From Ignavibacteria bacterium UBA7675 (GTDB lineage: Bacteria; Bacteroidota; Ignavibacteria; Kapaibacteriales; UB7675), in NCBI GenBank assembly GCA_002483085.1, contig DLHF01000046.1:5313-69312 (forward strand): DNA of 64,000 bases, in the 5' to 3' direction. Under the pieces are notes generated by a model. That model saw only the letters and a list, made by a program, of their open reading frames with translations. It did not search any database and had not been told where the DNA came from. The position numbers and the translations under genes were made by a program. Of this stretch, positions 46,840-56,967 are shown piece by piece; positions within the stretch are counted from its first letter, which is position 1; each line of letters starts with the position of its first letter.

Positions 46840-47285
46840 ATGGCTCTGTACTCTGCACTATTTTTTACACTGATGCTCTTTGCGGGTGTGGGCAAAACAG
46901 CTCGCAGGACGGTCCAAAGAGCACACAAACCAAAAGCTCGCAGTTTGCGACAATGGAGGAAAAGACCTCATTTTTGCATCAGTACGTGGCATTCCAGCGC
47001 AGCTATACCACACTCGACTTCGATATAAGCTATAATAACAACGGCGTGGGAAGAGTACCCGGCCCATCCGACTGGGATATCCGCCTTGTGGCCACCGTGC
47101 CCGAGGCGGAGTTGCAGCAATGGATACCAACAGATATCTCCCCTTCGGAACAGACACAGCCACCATTGTGGGTAAAAACCGTGCCTACCTCACTCGATCT
47201 TTCCACCATTACAGAATGGTATGGCGAAGACCTCGGTATCGACCGGCAGCGGTGTATCGTGGTGTACCACAATTGGAGCAACTAA
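46840..47285 (+). pseudogene. lipoprotein gene interrupted by an apparent 1-nt frameshift at a GGG run (about 46884-46886)
   Basis: ATG 46840 frame gives MALYSALFFTLMLFAG then VGKTARR... with stop at 47028. The other frame continues CGQNSSQDG...YHNWSN to 47285. Adding one G (GCGGG to GCGGGG) yields a canonical lipobox LFAG-C and a single 148-aa ORF. Confidence 0.5.
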
Positions 47286-47295
47286 CGGCACAGCG

Positions 47296-48687
47296 TTATT
47301 TATTCGATACAATGACTACCTTATCGCTTTTGGTTCTGGCTTTAAGCCATTCCTCTATTTTCTTCTTATCTGTCTGCTTCAGTCTTCCCTCAAACGAAAT
47401 ACATGCCACAATTGCAGTATCTACCGCGTTTTCTTTCGGCCTATAGACCAAGTTTCGATTGATAGTGAACTCTGTGATTTTCGGCTGAAGCGCTTTGAGC
47501 TCTGCAACAATATCATCGCTTGGCAAAGCCTGCGATTTATAGAGCAGAAGTTCATTTTCCAGATACTCAATTCGCTTGTCCTTGTTTTCCATTGCCTTCT
47601 CATTGCGCTTATATAAATCTTCGAGCAGCCCTGTTTTTACGGTGTTGATGTCGAGGCGCGTCTCGCTATCTACGCCTTGCCGCACCAGAAGCTGAACGTC
47701 CTCAAGCTGGTAGGCCGCCATCCGCGCTTTCAGATCATCAATCTTGCTTTTATCCAATGGCTTGCCAATCAGAAAAACTTCAACTACCTGTTTTCCCCCG
47801 CCAAAGCTCATTTTTGTATTGACGACCTGGCTGGTCTGGAAATTAAACTCGCGCTGCACAAACAGACGAGCATTTTCCTCATTGATAGTTCTCACAACAA
47901 TTGTATAGGCAAGATAGAGGCTGGGCAGGACGGTGACAATCGTAACAATCATAATGATGCGCTTTACCCGGCTTTCCTTCTGGCTATCTACTAAATGCTT
48001 TTGCGGAAGCTTCAGGAATTTGACCATCAGCAGAGTAGACACACTGATAAACACGGTGTTGATACAATACAAGTAAAACGCGCCGAGAGCAAAGTACCAA
48101 TTGCCATGAGCTAGGCCAAACCCGGTTGTACACAGCGGAGGCATGAGCGCCGTTGCGATTGCCACTCCGGGAATCACATTGCTCTTTTCTTTCCTTGTAG
48201 CGGCGATAATACCGGCGATTCCCCCAAACAGAGCGATTAGCACATCCCAGATTGTAGGAGTAGTTCTGGCCAGCAGCTCCGACTGAGCAGCATCGAGTGG
48301 GCTTATCGCAAAATAGATAGTAGAGGTAAGGATGCTGATACCAGTAGCAATTGCGAGATTCTTCACAGCTTTCTTAATCAGCTCGAAATCATTCGTTCCC
48401 ACTCCCAAACCAATGCCCATGATAGGCCCCATGAGCGGCGAAATAAGCATGGCTCCAATGACAACAGCCGTAGAATTGACATTGAGCCCAATAGAAGCAA
48501 TAAAGATGGCAAAAATGAGCACCCAAAGGTTCGTTCCCTTGAACTCAACACCTCTTGTAATGGCCTCAATAATATCTTCGGTACTCGCCTTGTCATCAGA
48601 GAGATTAAATCGATCCTGAAGAAATCGCAGTACCTGTTGATATGCCGAGCTTGCGCGTCGCTGCTCGGCTGCGCCTTTCTCTGTCAT
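47296..48687 (-). CDS. DUF389-family integral membrane protein
   Basis: Hydrophilic N-terminus then paired hydrophobic repeats (LISPLMGPIMGIGLGVG...; LMPPLCTTGFGLAHG) characteristic of DUF389/TIGR00341. 463 aa. Confidence 0.6.
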   Translation of the reverse strand: MTEKGAAEQRRASSAYQQVLRFLQDRFNLSDDKASTEDIIEAITRGVEFKGTNLWVLIFAIFIASIGLNVNSTAVVIGAMLISPLMGPIMGIGLGVGTNDFELIKKAVKNLAIATGISILTSTIYFAISPLDAAQSELLARTTPTIWDVLIALFGGIAGIIAATRKEKSNVIPGVAIATALMPPLCTTGFGLAHGNWYFALGAFYLYCINTVFISVSTLLMVKFLKLPQKHLVDSQKESRVKRIIMIVTIVTVLPSLYLAYTIVVRTINEENARLFVQREFNFQTSQVVNTKMSFGGGKQVVEVFLIGKPLDKSKIDDLKARMAAYQLEDVQLLVRQGVDSETRLDINTVKTGLLEDLYKRNEKAMENKDKRIEYLENELLLYKSQALPSDDIVAELKALQPKITEFTINRNLVYRPKENAVDTAIVACISFEGRLKQTDKKKIEEWLKARTKSDKVVIVSNK

Positions 48688-48905
48688 CTATGTTCCTGTC
48701 TCATTGTTTGACATCTTACACGGTGGTTCCAGTTTCCCACTATACTTCCTACGGGAATACACCGCCGCGAAGATACTCCACAAGCACACAACAGCCAATA
48801 CCGGGCACTTGCTTATCAGTAATAAGACGAGGACAGAAGCGGCCTTATATGCCACCAGGCCCGCACGTTCACAGCACGGACCTGGCAGGATACTCTGTGC
48901 AGTCA

Positions 48906-51900
48906 TCAATCGAGAATGATCATTTTCCGCTGGAGTTCAAATGTCTGGCCGGTGCGCACCAGTACCGCTTTGAGCCTATAGATATACGCACCTGCGGGAA
49001 CAGATACACCTCCCCGCTTCCACTCTACTTCGTGTGTACCTTCTGCAAGATTGCGTGCGAGCACCGAAGCAATACGCTCACCTGCAAGATTGTATATTTC
49101 CAGCTCCACCCGCGACTCGGCAAACAGATCGAACTTAAACATCGTGCGCTGGTCGAACGGGTTCGGATAGTTCTGGTACAATCTAAACGGCAGGTCGGCC
49201 ACAGGTTTATAGCCGACTGATGATACAGGCAGCAGGCTTGTCGCTTCTTCGCTGATAATATTCAGCTCGTTCAGCCCTATCACATACGCTCCCACTTCTG
49301 TCACCGATAGGAGATCATCCATCCTATTGCCGTTATCTGTGATACGCAGTTCATCGCCTCCTACAGAAGCACCGTTGGCGAGCGAAAAGCTCACTGCACC
49401 GGGCCACAGCAGCCGGAAACTCGGATCATCAGTATTATCATCAACAGCATGTCCACCGCCATTTGGCCAGTTGTTCACTCTACCAATGAACGAGGTCAGC
49501 CCTCCTGTTCCGTACACAAAATTCCCATTGTTATACACTTCTACTCTGTAGTCCTGCACACCAAGCCGCGAGAGATCGGCAAAAATATCGGCGTCGCTGG
49601 TAGTGCGCTGCAACCAGACCGAACCCGTTTCCCCCGGACCCGATATAAAATTGCCATGTGCAGACACAGCCAGATGCGTACCATACGGTACATCGCTGAT
49701 ATCTGTCGCTGTCCAAGTGAGATCATAGCCTTTGAGCTCAGGAACTTCGGCCCGCACACCCACAGCCGAACGATCTGTAAAAGCACGTGCGGTCAGCGTC
49801 TGCCCGTCGTCTTTCCACTCTAAAACAGGATTTCCCATAGCTCTGAACGGGCGTTCAAATACGCCACCAGCTTCGCCTGTCAGAGCAAATTCTGTGGGTC
49901 CGTCGGCCAGTATTTCCACGTTTTCTATATAGTCGGCCAGTGTAGCCTGTGTGCCAGCTCGCACTACGATTCTGTCGCCTGCTACCATCGTAGCGGCTGT
50001 GGAGCTCAGTATTTCAATATCGGTCTTATCGGCAAAGCTCACCTCGGCATACACATCGCCGTCGGCCTGCCTGTACGGTGTTACTCGAATACCTTTGAGC
50101 GGCGGCCACGCATTGGCAAAGGTGACAGAAGCTGTTGCAGTTGTAAGCACAATACTGTCGACGCCCATAAGCACGCCATCGTTGTACACTTCCACTGTAA
50201 GAGTTGTTGTTGTGGTGTGCTGAAAAGCTACAGACAATCGCGCGTGATCGCTTTCATCTTCAATACGCAGCGTGGCTATTGTCACTGGTGCAGTACCGCC
50301 CACACTTCCCTGTGCAGTAAACGAAATGCTCTGGCCGTCCAGCAGGTCGTCCGGAAGAAATTCTTCCAGTGTTCCGCGCCAGAAGTCAGCCCTGCCAAGC
50401 CATGCCATGATACCATCGTCGCCTCCACCGTCGATATGCGACACAGCAAGTCGCGTAGGTGTAGAGCGCAGGTGCACATATCCTAACCCTGTGTGTGCTA
50501 TACCATCGAATACAGCATGAACAGGCGGGCGAGCCTTACCGCGACCATCTATGGCAATAATGCGTACACCGCCAAGCTCTTGGTATTCGCTCTGCCCTTC
50601 GCGACCACGCACATACACATTAACAGCCATGGTATCGGGCGCATTGGGCGCCATAGGCTCAAGCGACACCACAACAGTTTTCGGGCATTCGTTCGCCCTC
50701 ATTACAAAATCCTTTTCGGTTATAGTAAGCTCCCAGCCCTGTGCGGCTATCTGTGCGGCTGTTGGATCGGTGACAATCTCCATATTGAGGTTTTTGCCCG
50801 TGGGGTTGACCACTGTCATGGGAAAAGGCGCAGGCGAATTCGATTGTTTGATATTGACATTATGCTGTGCACAGTTATTGCCGTGGTTGGTATCGTTCGG
50901 GTAAATAATAAAAGCTTTAAGGCATGCGTGCACTACCGGCGGCGTATCGAACTCAGCCTGCGGTGTCCACGGAACCGTGAACTCATAGGTATCGCCAGCG
51001 TTAATTTGGGGGATATTCTCCAAAGCAATATCGTACTCGGCATTCGAGTTGCTAAAGTTGTAAATCCCTACACGCACTTTTACATTATAAGCCGTAGAAG
51101 TACCGGAGTTATGAACTTTTACTTTGATATTGTTTGCAGTTCCTTCCACAATGACAGGGTCTACCGGTTCGAGGCTCGCTGATGTCCACCAATCAGGATT
51201 GCCCGGCTGGTTGCAGTATTCGTCGAACTGCACATCGGTTTGCACAGAGCCAAGCAGGGTGTCTATTGCGTGATAGGCATCGATAATCCCATGCCCAAAA
51301 GTATCATCCCAGCCGGCGGTGCCTTTATCTTCGGCAGTAAGCTGAATAAGCTCGCCTACCGACAGCGGATCCATATTCGGCTTAGCCTGCAAAATCAGGG
51401 CTGCGAGCCCGGCTACCTGTGGCGCTGCCAACGATGTACCGCTTACGCTGAGATAGCCATTGGTTGTATTAGATTCGGCTGCATAAATGTTCGTGCCGTA
51501 TGCCGTTACTTCCGGTTTGTCCTCATCAACAGTAATAGCATCGCCGTCGCTCAGGCGAGGACCCCGGCGCGAAGCAGAGTTGATAATATCATTGGTGCGG
51601 TCTACATCCCCTAAGTCGTTGGCGGCGGCGACTGTCAGTACAAGGTCGCCAGCTCCCGGCCCGTTGATCTCGTGCAAAGGGTCGCCAGAGCTCCGTCGAT
51701 TGCCCATCACACCTACGACTACAATACCTTCGCGCACCATACGGTTGGCCATTTGCGAAAGGCCATCGGTGCCATTGGAGTTGCCGTCGTTCCGGTAGCC
51801 GAAGCTCATATTGGCAACGTGGATATTCCAGTCGTGCTTCTTCTGAATGACTTTTTCTATGCCAAAGTACATAGATTCCCAATAGTCTATAGAGAAAGCA

Positions 51901-52733
51901 CCGCTCCACACCTTGATGTCTATCAGCCCGGCCTGCGGCGCTACTCCGCGAAATGTTCCATCGCTTTTTGCTATTCCAAGAGCAATAGAGGCTACGCCTG
52001 TGCCGTGCTCATCGTCGTCGTCTGGGTCGGTTTCTGTTCTGAAGACGGCATCATAACCATGCTTGAACTTCCAGCCCGGCAGGCTTTCGTGTCCGCCCGG
52101 GCTACCATCTGCCGGACCATTATCCACACCTGAGTCGATAATAGCGATATTGATACCCGTACCATCAATGCCCGGGTACATATCTTCCAGATTGGCTCCT
52201 GCATAGGTAGCACTCGTTGTAATTTTAGCAGCGGCTTGGCTGGTGTGAATCTCTGGCACAATGGGGCGCGCCATTTCCACCATAGCAACGCGTTCGTCGC
52301 TCCCAAGTGCAAGAGCAGTTTCCACACGTACATTGCGGAAGGTCATCAGCGAAAGGTACGCGCTGCGAAAGCTCGGTTCGCCCATGCCCATCTTCTGAAA
52401 GCGTGCAAAGTCTTCGTTGTCGCCACAGGAGTTCAGGCACAGAATAATATCAACGCGCTCATCGGGCTTCATCTTCTCGATGGCGTCGTCCACAAAATTT
52501 TTATTGCGATCAAAATTAGACACGTAGTTTTTAGGTATCCATTCCAAGGGCGTATAGCACTCCTGAGCTGCTGCATACGGCACCGAGGCTATCAGCGCTA
52601 TGACTGCCAATGAGAGAGCGCGTTTTACAACACTGTGTATCATAGGATGTTTTATATGTGTAAGTGAAAAATGTAGCAGGTACGGCCTGCATATTCCGGT
52701 AAGGATAGGCACGGTCGCGGGCGCCGAGCGCAT
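48906..52733 (-). CDS. large multidomain subtilisin-like serine peptidase (S8) with T9SS C-terminal sorting domain
   Basis: Catalytic triad regions DSGVDNG, HGTGVASIALG, GTSLAAPQVAG. Signal peptide. 1275 aa. Tail NYPNPFDQRTMFKF...GAYIYRLKAV. Confidence 0.9.
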   Translation of the reverse strand: MRSAPATVPILTGICRPYLLHFSLTHIKHPMIHSVVKRALSLAVIALIASVPYAAAQECYTPLEWIPKNYVSNFDRNKNFVDDAIEKMKPDERVDIILCLNSCGDNEDFARFQKMGMGEPSFRSAYLSLMTFRNVRVETALALGSDERVAMVEMARPIVPEIHTSQAAAKITTSATYAGANLEDMYPGIDGTGINIAIIDSGVDNGPADGSPGGHESLPGWKFKHGYDAVFRTETDPDDDDEHGTGVASIALGIAKSDGTFRGVAPQAGLIDIKVWSGAFSIDYWESMYFGIEKVIQKKHDWNIHVANMSFGYRNDGNSNGTDGLSQMANRMVREGIVVVGVMGNRRSSGDPLHEINGPGAGDLVLTVAAANDLGDVDRTNDIINSASRRGPRLSDGDAITVDEDKPEVTAYGTNIYAAESNTTNGYLSVSGTSLAAPQVAGLAALILQAKPNMDPLSVGELIQLTAEDKGTAGWDDTFGHGIIDAYHAIDTLLGSVQTDVQFDEYCNQPGNPDWWTSASLEPVDPVIVEGTANNIKVKVHNSGTSTAYNVKVRVGIYNFSNSNAEYDIALENIPQINAGDTYEFTVPWTPQAEFDTPPVVHACLKAFIIYPNDTNHGNNCAQHNVNIKQSNSPAPFPMTVVNPTGKNLNMEIVTDPTAAQIAAQGWELTITEKDFVMRANECPKTVVVSLEPMAPNAPDTMAVNVYVRGREGQSEYQELGGVRIIAIDGRGKARPPVHAVFDGIAHTGLGYVHLRSTPTRLAVSHIDGGGDDGIMAWLGRADFWRGTLEEFLPDDLLDGQSISFTAQGSVGGTAPVTIATLRIEDESDHARLSVAFQHTTTTTLTVEVYNDGVLMGVDSIVLTTATASVTFANAWPPLKGIRVTPYRQADGDVYAEVSFADKTDIEILSSTAATMVAGDRIVVRAGTQATLADYIENVEILADGPTEFALTGEAGGVFERPFRAMGNPVLEWKDDGQTLTARAFTDRSAVGVRAEVPELKGYDLTWTATDISDVPYGTHLAVSAHGNFISGPGETGSVWLQRTTSDADIFADLSRLGVQDYRVEVYNNGNFVYGTGGLTSFIGRVNNWPNGGGHAVDDNTDDPSFRLLWPGAVSFSLANGASVGGDELRITDNGNRMDDLLSVTEVGAYVIGLNELNIISEEATSLLPVSSVGYKPVADLPFRLYQNYPNPFDQRTMFKFDLFAESRVELEIYNLAGERIASVLARNLAEGTHEVEWKRGGVSVPAGAYIYRLKAVLVRTGQTFELQRKMIILD

Positions 52734-52871
52734 CGCCTATGTAGTTGTACCACAAGAGCGATGTGCAGACAATCTTGCGATCCCCCTACTACTGCGATGA
52801 AGCCTGCACGGCCACGCGGCGGTTATGCAGCGCGGTGCGGAGGCGCAACGCTGGAGCGGAGACCGAAGCGC
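52708..52871. repeat. composite repeat-family copy (degenerate module A forward + module B reverse)
   Basis: GGCACGGTCGCGGGCGCCGAGCG... then CCACGCGGCGGTTATGCAGCGCGGTGCGGAGGCGC...GAGACCGAAGCGC. Confidence 0.55.
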
Positions 52872-53409
52872 AATCAGGCAAAACGATGTATCATGTTGGA
52901 TCGAGCGCCATACTATCATCAGCAGCCATTAGCTGCCCGTTGTTGGCAACAATTGGTACGGCACACTCCGAGTCGAGATTGATGTTTTCGCTACTACTAC
53001 TACCCGTGGCAGTTGCAGGTATTTCTGCCCCGAGCGCAAAGGCACTCATGGTAGCGGCTATGAGCAATGGCCGCGACCACGAAACGCCAAAAGAGCAATA
53101 CTTCCTTGTAGGAACTATGTTGTCCATACATTCTCCCTGAAATTGCAGGCAATGCACAGCCTTCCCATCCCGGCACACAGGATGAGCGCAGAGCAATCGC
53201 CCCAAAGTAAAAAATGGTTATACTATCGCATACGAATAAGGGAAGCTGTACCCCGCGTAGCCTTCTCCAATCCAGAACCATGCGCACTGCGAAACTACCT
53301 TGTAGACGGCAGGCAATCAATCGGTGTTTGTCTGATTTTGTCCTACGCAATCACCTGAGAGCAGGGCTTTTGGCCATATACTCTGTGCCCTGTGCCAGCT
53401 ATTCGCAAT

Positions 53410-53450
53410 AAAAAAGGCATGGTGGCTTCCCCTTACAATGCCACCATACC
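53410..53450 (-). terminator. hairpin with minus-strand T-run (orphan terminator in a gene-poor gap)
   Basis: Minus-strand reading GGTATGGTGGC-attgtaagggga-GCCACCATGCC then TTTTTTATT. No annotated minus-strand gene immediately upstream of it. Confidence 0.4.
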
Positions 53451-53611
53451 TTATATGTACTCCCCTTATATGTTCCGTCAGCGAACATTTTTCTACAGGC
53501 AGATCATTCCTGCCTAAAAACCTTTTATGCACCTAAAAAACTTCTTATGCACCTGCTTTCCCCTTGCATTTACTGCAAAGAAGTCGAAAGAGCATACTGG
53601 ATACAAGGATG

Positions 53612-53674
53612 AATGAGTATCTGGCGGCTTTCAGTGAGTATCTGGCGGCTTTCAGTGAGTATCTGGCGGCTTCT
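53612..53674. repeat. three perfect/near-perfect tandem copies of a 21-bp unit
   Basis: AATGAGTATCTGGCGGCTTTC / AGTGAGTATCTGGCGGCTTTC / AGTGAGTATCTGGCGGCTTCT. Confidence 0.85.
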
Positions 53675-54187
53675 ATGTGCACTTCTGCCAGTGCAATTCC
53701 TGTCGCTATGCGCGTTTGCCCCGGTAGAGAAGGGCATATCGGAAACTGTTTGCAGACCGAAACAGCATACAACGCAGCCGGAACTATGGAGGAAATCTCC
53801 ATATCTCTACTGGCACTGATAATTTCCCTGTGTTTTCTCTAAAGTAAAAGTTCTCCCGTTCGATACTATGCAAACCGGTGTCAAAATTATGTTTCTGCGC
53901 AGAACTTTATACAATGGCTCTTCAAGGGATTGAAAAGAGCTCCACAAAAGCAGAAAACTGATAGTAGCTTAATCAGTCAGCAAACAGCAATCATAGAACT
54001 ACGGACAAGTACCATACAACAGATTTATGATTGGGTGCGATTGTACACGATCTGTACAGACAATCTCTTGTATGTGTAGCTCTTGCCCTTCTCATCCGCA
54101 TCTACGGCCATACTCTTCAATATTGGTGGCAACAGCTATGCGTATTCTCCATTATCCTTCTAAAGATTTTCCCAAAGGTACATTGTT

Positions 54188-56014
54188 ATGAAGCAGTGGT
54201 TTCTGAACCTGAACATTGGCAAGCGTCTCACTGTGGCATTCAGTGGCATCCTTGTCCTGCTATTGATTACCGGCGTTACAGGCTTTATCAGTATGAGGGC
54301 GGTCGACCCTCTGTTGCAGGCGACCTACGATAAGTGTATTATTCCCCTGCTTGAGCTCGACGATATAGCGCGCAACTGGTACCGCATACGCGTTGATATT
54401 CTCAAGGCTATTACAACGTCGGACCCCGCTGAACAGCAGGCCATGTTCGCGAAAGCCTCCCCCCTATTAGACTCGATCAACGCGAATTTTGCACGCTACG
54501 AACCAACAATCCTGACTGAAACTGAGCGAAAAGCAGCAAATAGCTACAAGGAACATCAGGCTCTCTACCTCGCTACACGAGCAAAGGTCGTTTCGTTGCT
54601 AAGCGAAGATCGGAGAGACGAAGCAAGAGAAGTAGCCGAAACCGAAGGCCGCGACAACTTTTACCTCGTGATTAACAGCCTGGACGAGCTTCTGAAAATT
54701 CAGGCTCTAAACGCTGCAGAGCTGCATCGCGAGTCGGAAGCGACAGTAGACACCGCATCGATACTCATAGGCAGTCTGCTTGTATTCTCCATGCTCTTTG
54801 GGATGTGGCTGGCGCGCTTTATTGGGAGGTCTATCAGCCGCCCGGTGGTGCAATTGGAACAGGCAGCGCAGGCAATTGCTGCGGGAGATCTCGATACTTC
54901 TGTATCAATAGAAAATAAGGACGAATTAGGCAACCTCGCCTCGTCGTTCAATAGTATGGTAGGCTCTATTCGCAGCGGTGTAGAAGACGTGCGGCGCAAA
55001 AGCGAAGAGGCAGAAGCAGCTTCGCAGGAAGCACAATCCGCACTTGAAACTATTACTCACCTGTCTGCTGAAGTCCGGCAAGTAGCCGAACAAGTAGCGC
55101 TCCACACTACAGGCATTAGCTCCAGTGTCGAGCAGATGGCTGCGAGTGTACAGGAACAGGCGTCGCAAACAAGCGAAGTCGCGGCAGCAAGCGAGGAAAT
55201 GGCGTACACTATCGCCGAAACAACAAAAAGTATCACCACGACAGCTCACTCCTCCAACCAAGCCAGCAGTGCGGCAAAAGAAGGAATACACGCGGTGCAA
55301 ACTACGCAGCAGAGCATGGCGAAAATTGTGAGTGTCACAAAAGTAAGCAGTGAAAAAATCGAGATGCTGAGCAATAAGGTAGAAGAAGTTGGCAATATTA
55401 CCCAAGTGATCAACGAGATTGCCGACCAAACCAACCTCCTGGCTCTGAATGCAGCTATCGAAGCAGCGCGAGCGGGAGAACACGGGCGCGGCTTTGCAGT
55501 GGTAGCCGACGAAGTAAGGAAACTGGCAGAGCGCACTGCACGCGCTACCAAAGAAATAGCCAGCGTACTTAGGTCGATACAAGATGAAACCATCGGAGCT
55601 CGGGAGTCCATGGACGAAGCAGCCGAAGTGGTAAGCCACGAGCTCGTCATTACAGAAACATTGGCGTCGACATTCGACCGCATTTCTGCGGAAACTATCA
55701 ATGTAACAACGCTTATCAATCAGATTGCCGCTGCCAGCGAAGAACAGTCCACAACAATGAGCGAGGTAAGTAGGACAATCGAGGGCATGCACACAGTATC
55801 AGAGCAAACGGCCATAGGAATACAGCAAATCGCAGGCGCAACATCGCAGCTCAACGAGCTGACGTTTGCGCTACAGCAGCTTGTGGAGCAGTTCGCACAG
55901 GGTGATTCGCAGGAACAAGCCAGCACTTCGCAGCACGGCTCCCGCCAGCTCCAGCACCAGAGAGCGCCTCATCATGCTACACAGCCCAAGCACCAGCCGA
56001 GACGAACGGTATAG
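54188..56014 (+). CDS. methyl-accepting chemotaxis protein (N-terminal 4HB-type sensor, TM, HAMP, MA domain)
   Basis: TM2/HAMP region ([25 protein letters not shown]). Highly conserved signalling hairpin [32 protein letters not shown]. Confidence 0.85.
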   Translation: MKQWFLNLNIGKRLTVAFSGILVLLLITGVTGFISMRAVDPLLQATYDKCIIPLLELDDIARNWYRIRVDILKAITTSDPAEQQAMFAKASPLLDSINANFARYEPTILTETERKAANSYKEHQALYLATRAKVVSLLSEDRRDEAREVAETEGRDNFYLVINSLDELLKIQALNAAELHRESEATVDTASILIGSLLVFSMLFGMWLARFIGRSISRPVVQLEQAAQAIAAGDLDTSVSIENKDELGNLASSFNSMVGSIRSGVEDVRRKSEEAEAASQEAQSALETITHLSAEVRQVAEQVALHTTGISSSVEQMAASVQEQASQTSEVAAASEEMAYTIAETTKSITTTAHSSNQASSAAKEGIHAVQTTQQSMAKIVSVTKVSSEKIEMLSNKVEEVGNITQVINEIADQTNLLALNAAIEAARAGEHGRGFAVVADEVRKLAERTARATKEIASVLRSIQDETIGARESMDEAAEVVSHELVITETLASTFDRISAETINVTTLINQIAAASEEQSTTMSEVSRTIEGMHTVSEQTAIGIQQIAGATSQLNELTFALQQLVEQFAQGDSQEQASTSQHGSRQLQHQRAPHHATQPKHQPRRTV

Positions 56015-56167
56015 CTCCAACAAGCAAATAGCTCACAGAGAAAAATACAACACTCCGTATCAAAAAAGCCGAGTCTTCATATGAAGGCTCGGCTTTTGCG
56101 TGCATAGCTTTTACAGCGAGGAAATACCGCAACAACAACGACAGTGCGCTTTCCAGGCTCCTCGCTC

Positions 56168-56788
56168 CTATTCTTTTGCGTACAGCTTGTGCTCATAGAT
56201 ATACTGCTCGATCTTCCACGGCACCACAAATTTAATCGACCTGCCGCCTGCCACCCGGCTGCGGATATCCGTAGAAGAAAATGCCATCAGCGGAGCGTCA
56301 ATCCAGAGCGGTGCGCCCTTTTCATCCGAAAGCGTAAAGGAAATCACATGCTCTACTTCGTGCGGAATCGTATGCGGGCGCCGCGCAATGCACAACTGTA
56401 CCTGTGCTATAATTTCTTGCCAATCCTTCCACTTCGTAAATGCCGTTGCCTGATCGCTGCCTATAAGCAGAAATAAGTCGGCATCTGGAAACATATTGCG
56501 GAAATAGCGAATGGTATCAATCGTGTACGACACGCCACCGCGCTCGATCTCCACAGTATCCACCTGAAACTGCGGGTAGTATTCTAATGCCAGCCGCAGC
56601 ATTGTGGTGCGATGCTCTGCCGAGGCAACATCGGTGCCGTCTTCTTCGAGCTTGAACGGCGACCGAAACGCCGGTATCAGGAATGTCTTATCTAATTGCA
56701 TTTGCTCTGCAAACCTGTCGGCAATGATCAAGTGTGCAATATGAACGGGATTATAGCTACCGCCGATAATGCCTATACGCTGTTTCAT
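56168..56788 (-). CDS. nadD: nicotinate-nucleotide adenylyltransferase
   Basis: GGSYNPVHIAHL (H/T-x-G-H motif region), SSTDIRSRV C-terminal motif. 206 aa. Confidence 0.85.
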   Translation of the reverse strand: MKQRIGIIGGSYNPVHIAHLIIADRFAEQMQLDKTFLIPAFRSPFKLEEDGTDVASAEHRTTMLRLALEYYPQFQVDTVEIERGGVSYTIDTIRYFRNMFPDADLFLLIGSDQATAFTKWKDWQEIIAQVQLCIARRPHTIPHEVEHVISFTLSDEKGAPLWIDAPLMAFSSTDIRSRVAGGRSIKFVVPWKIEQYIYEHKLYAKE

Positions 56789-56815
56789 ATGTCGTTTTGT
56801 AGGTTATGGGAGCAT

Positions 56816-56874
56816 GGGCACGGGCGTCGTTGCCCGCCCTTCTGTCGCTGTCGCCGGTCGCACAACTGCTCGTG
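56816..56874. repeat. solo module-A repeat copy
   Basis: GGCACGGGCGTCGTTGCCCGCCCTTCTGTCGCTGTCGCCGGTCGCACAACTGC. Confidence 0.6.
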
Positions 56875-56967
56875 TTTTTCGCCCACCTGCCGCCTGTTTC
56901 AGCTTGTAATAAAAAAGCCGTGCGGTGAAACCGACACGGCTATACCATACACGCAGAATGCGCGTGG

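Noticed and set aside
52877-53205. Small overlapping ORFs on both strands (52745-53140 +, 52891-53205 -)
   Set aside because: They are low-complexity, mutually overlapping and lack start context. They partly overlap the repeat copy at 52708-52871. Not called.
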